From positions 1-24,654 of the forward strand of contig JBGQHJ010000069.1 in assembly GCA_041497895.1 (NCBI GenBank): 24,654 nucleotides of DNA. The letters are read 5' to 3'. Source of the DNA: Candidatus Methylomirabilia bacterium (GTDB taxonomy: Bacteria; Methylomirabilota; Methylomirabilia; Rokubacteriales; CSP1-6). Numbering within the stretch: the stretch's first letter is position 1; every line of letters begins with the position of its first letter. This document shows positions 15,486-23,189 of the stretch, one piece after another. The notes below the pieces were generated by a model. The model made no database searches and was not told where the DNA came from. It saw only the letters and a list, made by a program, of their open reading frames with translations. Position numbers and translations under genes: made by a program.

Positions 15486-16859
15486 TCACTCGGCTCCAAT
15501 CGCGTGGACGAAGCGCTCCTGCCCCTCCCCGTCGACGATGCGTACGGTGAGGCCGCCGGTGTAGATCGCGATGTCGCCGAAGGTGTTGGGGCCGCCCAGG
15601 CTCCACAGCGAGCGAGGATTCAGGCCCTGGTCGAGGGGGCGAGGCCGGCCCGGCGACGCCGAGAGCGGCCCCGCGATGAACTCGTGGAAGGACCACTCGG
15701 TGGTCGGGTGGTGGCGGATGAGCTGGGCGAAGTGCACGTCCGCGGCCAGGAAGACGAGGTTCCGGACCCCGCGCTGGCGGAGCGTGCGCAGGATGAGATC
15801 GCGCTCGACCGCGAAGCCGGTGCCGTGCTCGTCGGGCACGCCCTGGGGGTTGGCGTTGCTCCAGGAGTCGTGCGCGCGGCCGCCGGTGGGCACCGAGAGC
15901 GGCACGCTCGACACGACCACCTTCCACACCGCGGTCGAGGACGACACCGAGTCGATCAGCCAGCGCCGCTGCGCGGCGCCGAGCATGGTCTTCCCCGGCC
16001 CGTCGGGGTCGGCGTCGGGGCTCCGATACTGCCGCGTGTCGAGGATGAAGACCTCGAGCAGCGAGCCCCACCGGAACTTGCGGTAGAGCCGGGTCGGCTC
16101 CTCGCGCGGGGGCTGGATCGGGAAGTAGTCGATGAAGGCGCGCCGCCCGACCTCGGTGAGGGGCTCGGCGGGGCCCGAGAAGTCGTTGCGCACCTCGTGG
16201 TCGTCCCAGATCGCGTAGACCGAGGTGCGCCGGAAGTAGGCCTGGCCGGCCGGGTCCTGGCGGTTGTAGAGGTGCTTGGCCCAGAAGTCCGCGAGCCGGC
16301 GCGCCACGAAGTCGTAGCCCGCGATCCGCGACGGCTCGCCGCACTCGTGATCGGCGTAGACGGTGTCACCCACGAACAGAAAGAAGTCGGCCGGCACCTG
16401 GGCGAGCGCGCGGAAGATGGGGAAGTCGTCCGCGGGCTTGCGGCAGTGGCCGCGGCTGCCCAGGTCGCCGCTCCAGGCGAAGCGGACCGGGATCGCCACG
16501 GTCGGCGCGGGCGCGGTCACGAACTCGCCCGCGGCTCCCGCGGTGCCCTGGGTGATCGTGTAGCGGTAGCGCGTGGCCGGCTCCAGGCGGGAGAGCAGCA
16601 GCTTGCCGGTGAGATTGTGGCTCGGGGCCACCCGGATCTCGCCCCGCGCCCCCAGCGGGGGAGCTCCCGCGTCGGGCTGACGCGTCGCCGGCGCGTAGCG
16701 CACCGTGACCTCGCCCCACGCGACCCCGCGGACCCAGACCACCGCGCTACTGTCGGTGACCTCGCCGACGGTGACCAGCAGCCCCCGCTCGGCGCCCGTC
16801 GCGTGCCCGACCAGCCCGGCCAGCGACAGGGCCAGGAGCAGGGATACCGCGCGGGGCAT
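15486..16859 (-). CDS. phoD: Alkaline phosphatase D family protein
   Basis: GDTVYAD, WDDHEVRND, LDTRQYR, TMLGAAQRRWL and ADVH motifs. N-terminal signal peptide and fibronectin-like domain. Confidence 0.88.
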   Translation of the reverse strand: MPRAVSLLLALSLAGLVGHATGAERGLLVTVGEVTDSSAVVWVRGVAWGEVTVRYAPATRQPDAGAPPLGARGEIRVAPSHNLTGKLLLSRLEPATRYRYTITQGTAGAAGEFVTAPAPTVAIPVRFAWSGDLGSRGHCRKPADDFPIFRALAQVPADFFLFVGDTVYADHECGEPSRIAGYDFVARRLADFWAKHLYNRQDPAGQAYFRRTSVYAIWDDHEVRNDFSGPAEPLTEVGRRAFIDYFPIQPPREEPTRLYRKFRWGSLLEVFILDTRQYRSPDADPDGPGKTMLGAAQRRWLIDSVSSSTAVWKVVVSSVPLSVPTGGRAHDSWSNANPQGVPDEHGTGFAVERDLILRTLRQRGVRNLVFLAADVHFAQLIRHHPTTEWSFHEFIAGPLSASPGRPRPLDQGLNPRSLWSLGGPNTFGDIAIYTGGLTVRIVDGEGQERFVHAIGAE

Positions 16860-16881
16860 GGTCTCGGGCCCCGCCGCGGGC

Positions 16882-17793
16882 TCAGACCATCGGGTCGTAG
16901 TTGAAGAACTGACCCGAGGTGTCGAGCGGGGCCAGGTGATGGCGGAGCGTGCCCGGGAACATGGCGGCCAGCCGCTCGGGCGTCCACCCGAGGTCGTGGT
17001 GGATGCTGCGCACCGGCCGCATGTGGCAGAACAGCATGACCTCCTTGCCGCGCACCCCGAACACCTGCCCCGAGATCTCCTTCGCCTCGTCGCTGGCCAG
17101 GAAGACCGCCACCGGGGCGATGTGCTCGGGGCCCATCTTCTTGATCTTCTCGACCCGTGCCTTCTGGGCCTCGGTCTCGGTAGGGATGGTGCCGATCATG
17201 CGCGTCCACGCGAAGGGCGAGATGCAGTTCGCGGTCACGTTGTAGCGGGCCATGTCGAGCGCCACCACCTTGGTGAAGCCCACGATGCCGAGCTTGGCCG
17301 CCGCGTAGTTGGCCTGGCCGATGTTGCCGACGAGGCCCGAGGTGGACGTCATGTTGATGATCCGGCCCCACTTGCGCTCCCGCATGTGGGGCACCGCGGC
17401 GCGGGTCACCGCGAAGGTGCCCTTGAGGTGGGTGTTGATGACGCCGTCCCACTCCTCCTCGGTCATGTTGAAGATCATCCGGTCGCGGAGGATGCCCGCG
17501 TTGTTGACCACGATGTCGACGCGGCCGAAGTGGTCGAGCGCGGTCTGCACGATGCGCTGGCCACCCGCCATGCTCGCCACCGAGTCGTAGCTGGCCGCGC
17601 CCTGCCCGCCCAGGCCCTTGATCTCGTTGACCACGTCGTCGGCCGGCCCGCGCGCGTCCCCCACCCCGTCGGAGCCGCCGCCGTAGTCGTTCACGACCAC
17701 CTTGGCGCCGTGCTTCGCCAGGAGCAGCGCGATCTCGCGGCCGATCCCGCGCGCCGCGCCCGTGACCACCGCCACCTTGTCCTTGAGCATCAT
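16882..17793 (-). CDS. SDR oxidoreductase (MFE-2/3-hydroxyacyl-CoA dehydrogenase-like)
   Basis: TGAARGIG, VVVND, NNAGILRD and NYAAAK motifs. AGGAG RBS. Confidence 0.92.
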   Translation of the reverse strand: MMLKDKVAVVTGAARGIGREIALLLAKHGAKVVVNDYGGGSDGVGDARGPADDVVNEIKGLGGQGAASYDSVASMAGGQRIVQTALDHFGRVDIVVNNAGILRDRMIFNMTEEEWDGVINTHLKGTFAVTRAAVPHMRERKWGRIINMTSTSGLVGNIGQANYAAAKLGIVGFTKVVALDMARYNVTANCISPFAWTRMIGTIPTETEAQKARVEKIKKMGPEHIAPVAVFLASDEAKEISGQVFGVRGKEVMLFCHMRPVRSIHHDLGWTPERLAAMFPGTLRHHLAPLDTSGQFFNYDPMV

Positions 17794-17805
17794 GGGGATC
17801 TCCTT

Positions 17806-17879
17806 GTATCCGCTCGGCTCGATTGTCGTAACCGCTCGGCTCGCCTTCGGCTCACCTCACCCAGCCACGGCTGCACCTC
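17806..17879. repeat. Intergenic cluster of short direct repeats
   Basis: GTAtCCGCTCGGCTCG (17806-17821) and GTAaCCGCTCGGCTCG (17828-17843). CGGCT-CACCTC (17848-17858) and CGGCTGCACCTC (17868-17879). Confidence 0.6.
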
Positions 17880-17885
17880 GCCAAG

Positions 17886-19088
17886 CTAGATGATGCGCCG
17901 CGCGGCGAGCGACTCGATCTCCGCGGGCGTGAACCCGGCCTCGGCCAGCACGCCCCGGCTATGCTCGCCCAGGAGCGGCGCCGGGGTCCGGATGGTCCCC
18001 GGCGTCTTCTCGAGCTTCACCGGCGTGGCCACCGTCTTGAAGCGTCCCGCGCGCGGGTGCGCCTGCTCGGTGATGAACCCGCTCGCGACCACCTGCGGGT
18101 GCCGGACCAGGCCCGGATAATCGTTCACCGGCGCGCACAGCACGTCGGCCTGCTCGAGCGTCTCCATCCAGTCCGCGACCGGACGGGTACGGAACACCGG
18201 GGTGAGGATCGCCTCGAGCTCGGCCCGGTGCGCGAGCCGGTCGGCCCGGGTGGCGAAGCGCGGATCCGCCCCGAGCGCGTCCAGGCCGACCGCCTTGCAG
18301 AAGGGTAGCCACAGCCGGTCGACCCACGCGGCCACGAAGATCCAGCCGTCCTGCGCCTTGAAGGCCTGGTACGGGACGATCTCGGGATGCCCGCTGCCGT
18401 AGCGCGGCAGCGGCTCGCCGGTCTCGTGGAACACCGACAGGCGCGCGGTGTGCGCGAACAGCATGCCGTTGAGCAGGGAGGCGTCCACGCGCTGGCCCTG
18501 CCCGGTCGCGGCGCGCGAGATCAGGGCGGTGAGCACGCCCTGGATCGCGAGCATGCCGCCGAGCGTGTCGGCCACCGGCGCCCCGCAGAGCACCGGGCCG
18601 CCGTCGGGCTCGCCGGTGATGGCCATCAGGCCGCCGAGCGCCTGCGCGAGGGAGTCGAGCCCGGGCTTCTCGCGCCAGGGCCCCTCGGGCCCGAAGGCGG
18701 AGATCGAGCAGTAGATGAGCCGCGGGTTCACCGCCTTCACCGAGTCGTAGTCGATGCCGAGCCGCTCGGCCACCCCGCCGCGGAAGCCCTCGATGATCAC
18801 GTCGGCCCACGCGGCCAGGCGGAGGAAGGCGTCGCGGCCCTCCGGCTGCTTGACGTCGAGGCAGATCGCGCGCTTGTTGCGGTTGACCGTCAGGTGCAGC
18901 ACGCCCTCGCCGTTCCGCACCGCGCGCGGGTACACCGAGCGCCCCGCGTCGGGCGCCTCGCGCGACTCCACCTTGACCACGTCGGCGCCCATGTCGGCCA
19001 GGTACATGCCGCAGATGGGCCCCGCGATCAGGTGAGCGAGCTCCAGGACCCGCACGCCGGAGAGCGGCGGAGGCAGGGGGTCGGCCAT
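17886..19088 (-). CDS. Class III CoA-transferase (CaiB/BaiF family)
   Basis: PLSGVRVLEL...IAGP...LADMGADVVKVE, NRNKRAI, NPRLIYCSISAFG, PGLD (catalytic Asp position) and APLLGEH motifs. Confidence 0.93.
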   Translation of the reverse strand: MADPLPPPLSGVRVLELAHLIAGPICGMYLADMGADVVKVESREAPDAGRSVYPRAVRNGEGVLHLTVNRNKRAICLDVKQPEGRDAFLRLAAWADVIIEGFRGGVAERLGIDYDSVKAVNPRLIYCSISAFGPEGPWREKPGLDSLAQALGGLMAITGEPDGGPVLCGAPVADTLGGMLAIQGVLTALISRAATGQGQRVDASLLNGMLFAHTARLSVFHETGEPLPRYGSGHPEIVPYQAFKAQDGWIFVAAWVDRLWLPFCKAVGLDALGADPRFATRADRLAHRAELEAILTPVFRTRPVADWMETLEQADVLCAPVNDYPGLVRHPQVVASGFITEQAHPRAGRFKTVATPVKLEKTPGTIRTPAPLLGEHSRGVLAEAGFTPAEIESLAARRII

Positions 19089-19114
19089 GACCGGATCACC
19101 CTAGCATAGACCGG

Positions 19115-19918
19115 TCAGGCGCGGCCGCCCTTCATGAGCGCGGCCGCGAACTCGGCGCCCAGGATGAAGACGACCCCCGAGTAGTAGGCGAACATCGCGA
19201 GGGCCACCAGCACCCCCAGCGGGCCATAGACCTGGTCGTAGACCCCGAAGGAGAGGATGTACAGGCGGAAGAGCTGCTTGGCCGTCTCCCACAGCACCGC
19301 GGCCAGCAGCGCGCCGGCCAGCGCCGCGCCGGCGGGCACCCGCCGGTGCGGGAAGTAGCGGTAGGGCACGAAGAAGAAGGCGGTGCTGAGCGCCAGGGCC
19401 AGCGCGAGCGACCAGGAGCGCACCCACTGCAAGGGCATTCCCATCGTCTGGAACACCAGGATCTTGAGCCAGCCGAAGACGTCGCTGATCACGATGCTGG
19501 CGAGGAACAGGAGCCCCATCGCCAGGACCATCACCATGTCGCGCAGCATGCCGCGGAGGAAGCCGGGGCCGCCGCGGAAGCCGAAGATGTCGCTCAGCAC
19601 CAGGCGGATCGCGTTGAAGAGCTGGCTCGCGAAGAGCAGCAGCACCGCGGTACCGAGCAGGCCGGACAGGCGCCGGCGCCGGATGATGGCGGCGAGGTTC
19701 TGGTGCAGCTCCTCCTTGTAGACCGGGACGATCGCGGAGAGCTGGTTGAGCACCGCCTCCATCACCGTCCGGCGGCTCAGGACGAAGCCGGCCACCGATA
19801 CCACGAAGAAGAGCAGCGGGATGAGGCAGACGACGAAGTTGAAGGCGAGCCCGGAGGCGAGGAACATCCCGCGACGGGCGCGGAAGCTCGCCAGCGCGAC
19901 CCGGAAGGCTCCGATCAC
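19115..19918 (-). CDS. YihY/virulence factor BrkB family membrane protein
   Basis: ASGLAF...LIPLL, YRYFP and YDQVYGPLG...YYSGVVFILGAE motifs. GTG start is inferred. Confidence 0.88.
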   Translation of the reverse strand: MIGAFRVALASFRARRGMFLASGLAFNFVVCLIPLLFFVVSVAGFVLSRRTVMEAVLNQLSAIVPVYKEELHQNLAAIIRRRRLSGLLGTAVLLLFASQLFNAIRLVLSDIFGFRGGPGFLRGMLRDMVMVLAMGLLFLASIVISDVFGWLKILVFQTMGMPLQWVRSWSLALALALSTAFFFVPYRYFPHRRVPAGAALAGALLAAVLWETAKQLFRLYILSFGVYDQVYGPLGVLVALAMFAYYSGVVFILGAEFAAALMKGGRA

Positions 19919-19920
19919 CG

Positions 19921-20712
19921 CTAGACGACGCTTCGGATGAGGCCGCCGTCCACCTGCACCGCGGTGCCGGTGACGTAGGAGGCCTGCGCGGAGGCGAGGA
20001 AGACCACCATCGCCGCGAACTCCTCCGGGGTGCCGATGCGGCCCATCGGGATGCCGGCGGAGGAGAGCTCCATCTGCTTCTCCAGCGTGACCCCGCTGCG
20101 CTTGGCCCGGTCGGTCTGGTGCTCGCGGAAGCGGTCGGTCATGATGCGTCCCGGCAGCACCAGGTTGACCGTGATGCCGTGGGGCGCGAGGTCGCCGGCC
20201 AGGGTCTTGAAGAGGCCAGCGATGCCGGGGCGGATGCCGTTGGAGAGGACGAGCCCGTCGACCGGCTGCTTCACCGAGCTCGACTGGATCGCGAGGATGC
20301 GGCCCCAGCGCGCCTGCTTCATGTGGGGCAGGACCTCCCGGATGAAGCGAACGGTCGACAGGTGGATCTGCTCGAAGGCGGCCTTCCACTGCTCGTCGGT
20401 CATCTGCTCGAAGGGCCCGGGGGGCGGGCCGCCCACGTTGGCGACCAGGATGTCGACCCCGCCGAAGGCCCGGTTGGCCTCCGCCACCACCCGGGAGATG
20501 TCGGCGGCCCGGCTCGCGTCGGCGGTCAAGGCCAGCACCTCCGCGCCGGTCCGCTGCTTGACCTCCGCGGCCGCGTCCTTGAGGGCGGCCTCCCCGCGCG
20601 CGCACATCACCACCCGCGCGCCCTCCGCGGCCAGGCCGAGCGCGCTCGCCTTGCCCATCCCCTTGCTCGCGGCCACCACCAGCGCGGTCTTGCCCTTGAT
20701 GCCGAGATCCAT
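19921..20712 (-). CDS. SDR oxidoreductase (FabG-like, atypical SxxxR active site)
   Basis: MDLGIKGKTALVVAASKGMG, NVGGPPPG, LSNGIR, IPMGRIGTPEEFA and VDGG motifs. Confidence 0.9.
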   Translation of the reverse strand: MDLGIKGKTALVVAASKGMGKASALGLAAEGARVVMCARGEAALKDAAAEVKQRTGAEVLALTADASRAADISRVVAEANRAFGGVDILVANVGGPPPGPFEQMTDEQWKAAFEQIHLSTVRFIREVLPHMKQARWGRILAIQSSSVKQPVDGLVLSNGIRPGIAGLFKTLAGDLAPHGITVNLVLPGRIMTDRFREHQTDRAKRSGVTLEKQMELSSAGIPMGRIGTPEEFAAMVVFLASAQASYVTGTAVQVDGGLIRSVV

Positions 20713-20734
20713 CGGGAGCCTCCCTGTCCGGCGC

Positions 20735-21643
20735 TCAGGAAATCTGCTTGTAGAAGTCGGCGCGGTCGCCGCCGGTGACGGACAGCCGGCGGACCTCGTT
20801 GTCGCGCATCACCTCGAGGGTCATCTTCTCGCCGGGCGCGTGCCGCCACAGCGAGAGGTACAGCTCCTTGCGGGTGGGAACCTCCTGGGCGTCGAGCGAC
20901 ACGATCAGGTCGCCCTCCTGGATGCCGGAGCGGGCGCCCGGTCCGTTGGGCACGAGGCCCGCCACCACCACGCCCTCCTCCAGCGCGTGGGCGAAGACGC
21001 CGAGCCAGGCGCGCTGCGGGCGGCTGACCACGCGGCCGAAGCGCACGAACTCCTCCTGGTTGCGCCGGTAGAACTCGGTCGGGATCGCGAGGGAGGAGCG
21101 CGCGATCTCGTTGAGGTTCAGGTGGACCACGCCCACCATCTGCCCGGTCAGGGTGAAGAGCGGGCCGCCCCCGAAGCCCGGGTTGGCCGCGCTCGACACG
21201 ATGCCGCGGTCGAGCAGGTACTCCCAGTAGGCCTCGAACTCGCCGAGGTAGGTCACGAGCCCGCCGGCCACGCGGCGCTCGCGGGGGCCGGTCGAGCCCA
21301 GCGCGAAGACCGGCGTCCCCCGCTCGATGGACTCCGAGTCCGCGATTGGGACCGCGGTGAGGTTCTGACGCTTGACCCGCAGCAGGGCGAGGCCGACCTC
21401 GAAGTCCTGGGCCACCAGCTCCGCCCGGATGGCCCGGCCCTTGCCGAAGGTGACCTGGATGGTCTCGCCGCCCATCACCACGTAGTTGACGGTGAGGATG
21501 AGGCCGGCGGGGTCCACGACGGTCCCCGTCCCCATGCGCTCGTCCCCCAGGATGCGCGTCGAGGGATGGGACGACGGAACCTCGGTGTGGATGTGTACCA
21601 CCGAGGCGAGTAGATGCTTGACGAGCTCGACCGATGCGTCCAT
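20735..21643 (-). CDS. S1C/HtrA-like trypsin-fold protein with PDZ domain, catalytic residues absent
   Basis: GTGTVVD...ILTVNYVV and NPGFGGGPL motifs. PDZ domain (RAWLGV...GPGARSGIQEGDLIVSLD). Confidence 0.85.
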   Translation of the reverse strand: MDASVELVKHLLASVVHIHTEVPSSHPSTRILGDERMGTGTVVDPAGLILTVNYVVMGGETIQVTFGKGRAIRAELVAQDFEVGLALLRVKRQNLTAVPIADSESIERGTPVFALGSTGPRERRVAGGLVTYLGEFEAYWEYLLDRGIVSSAANPGFGGGPLFTLTGQMVGVVHLNLNEIARSSLAIPTEFYRRNQEEFVRFGRVVSRPQRAWLGVFAHALEEGVVVAGLVPNGPGARSGIQEGDLIVSLDAQEVPTRKELYLSLWRHAPGEKMTLEVMRDNEVRRLSVTGGDRADFYKQIS

Positions 21644-21733
21644 GGAGATGGTGCAGCCGGGCTCACGCTAGCACGCGCCGGGCGCGCCGTGCAACGCGGG
21701 GGGTGGATTATCGGTCCGTGGCGCGTCGCGCGG

Positions 21734-22588
21734 TCACGGCCGGCGGAGATGGCGCGCGAGGAATTCCTCGATGCGCCGGTGGGCGTCGGCGGCCGCCTCC
21801 GCCTGGTAGGAGACGGTCGCCCCGAATCCGCCCGGCCGGGTGTCGTTCTCGACCTCGGCCAGGACCTCGAGCCGTTGCCCCTCCACGTCGAAGTAGTGGT
21901 ACGCGCCGGGATAGGTCACGATCGTGGCGTCCGCGCCGCGCGCGCGCATCGCGTCGACCATCTCCCGGCACTTGGCGGCGGGGGTCCAGTCGTCGGCCCC
22001 CCCGATGAGGACCAGCAGCGGCCGCACGACCTGCTCCTTGACCAGCGAGAAGCAGCCGCCCGGGTACACGCCGACGCTCGCCGCGAAGCCCACCGCGGGC
22101 AGCGCGACCCCGCGCCGCCGCGCGCGCTCGAGGCTCGGCCCGTTGATGACCGCCATCGCGTAGACGCCGCCCTGCGACCAGCCGATCGCCGCGACCCGGT
22201 CCCCGCGCACGTCGGGCCGAGACTGCAGGTAGCGCAGCGCTCCGAACGCGTCGTCGAAGCGCGCGGTGATCGGCGGCTCGTCGGGGCCGGTCCGGCAGTC
22301 CCCCTTGACGTGGCGCGCCCGGAAGCTGTCCACCACCAGGGCCGCGTATCCGTGATCGGCCAGCCACCGCGCCCAGCGGAAGGACTGCGCCTCGAGGCCG
22401 CCGCAGCCGTGCAGCTGCACCACCGCCGGGAACGGGCCGGGCCCGGACGGCAGGACCAGGGTGGCGTCGATCGCGATCGGAGCGCCGGGGGTGACGTTGT
22501 CGAAGCGCACCGCCTGGCCTCCGCGGAGGCTCGAGCAGCCCGCCACGAGCCCCGCCGCCACGATCACGGTCGCGAAGGTCCGGCGCAC
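21734..22588 (-). CDS. Dienelactone hydrolase family alpha/beta hydrolase, probable lipoprotein
   Basis: LHGCGG, GWSQGG, GGADDWTP and YPGAYHYFD motifs. LVAGC lipobox. GTG lies 6 nt after a TATGCT -10 element. Confidence 0.88.
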   Translation of the reverse strand: MRRTFATVIVAAGLVAGCSSLRGGQAVRFDNVTPGAPIAIDATLVLPSGPGPFPAVVQLHGCGGLEAQSFRWARWLADHGYAALVVDSFRARHVKGDCRTGPDEPPITARFDDAFGALRYLQSRPDVRGDRVAAIGWSQGGVYAMAVINGPSLERARRRGVALPAVGFAASVGVYPGGCFSLVKEQVVRPLLVLIGGADDWTPAAKCREMVDAMRARGADATIVTYPGAYHYFDVEGQRLEVLAEVENDTRPGGFGATVSYQAEAAADAHRRIEEFLARHLRRP

Positions 22589-22664
22589 GGCCCGAGCATA
22601 CCGCAACGCGAGCAGTCGCGGCGCCCGTCGAGCGATCCGCTGCGGTAGAATGCGGGACCAGGAG
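22586..22664. promoter_or_regulatory. Divergent -10 elements
   Basis: Minus strand TGCGG-TATGCT (22600-22595) and plus strand TGCGG-TAGAAT (22646-22651) share the same upstream TGCGG. Confidence 0.45.
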
Positions 22665-22694
22665 GAGCGCATGGCAGAGGCGGCCGCGGGCTAG

Positions 22695-23189
22695 ATGACG
22701 GACGATCCGGCCGGCGAGGTCCGCGCGGACGCGCAGCGCCACTTCCAGCAGGGCTACGAGGCGCACATGCAGGGCCGTCTCGAGGAGGCCGCCGCGCACT
22801 ATCAGCGGTCGATCGCGCTGCATCCGACCGCGGAGGCCCACACCTTCCTCGGCTGGGTCTACAGCCACCAGGGGCGCCCCGAGGACGCGATCGCCCAGTG
22901 CAAGATCGCGATCTCGGTGGACCCCGAGTTCGGGAATCCCTACAACGACATCGGCGCCTACCTGATCGAGATGGGCCGGGAGGAGGAGGCGGTGGAGTGG
23001 CTCGAGCGGGCCAAGCAGGCGCCGCGCTACGAGCCGCGCCACTATCCGTACTTCAACCGCGCGCGCGTCCACATCAAGCGTCACGAGATCCGCGAGGCGA
23101 TCGGCGAGCTCGAGCGGGCGCTGTCGCTCGAGCCGCGCTACGTGACGGCCCGACGGGAGCTGCACCGTCTCCGCGGCCTGCTCAATTGA
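22695..23189 (+). CDS. Tetratricopeptide repeat protein
   Basis: About four TPR units (AEAHTFLGWVYS, FGNPYNDIGAYL, YPYFNRARV). Confidence 0.9.
   Translation: MTDDPAGEVRADAQRHFQQGYEAHMQGRLEEAAAHYQRSIALHPTAEAHTFLGWVYSHQGRPEDAIAQCKIAISVDPEFGNPYNDIGAYLIEMGREEEAVEWLERAKQAPRYEPRHYPYFNRARVHIKRHEIREAIGELERALSLEPRYVTARRELHRLRGLLN

Noticed and set aside
17806..17843. Direct repeats as a mini-CRISPR
   Set aside because: Only two 16-bp units with a 6-bp spacer, and no cas genes.
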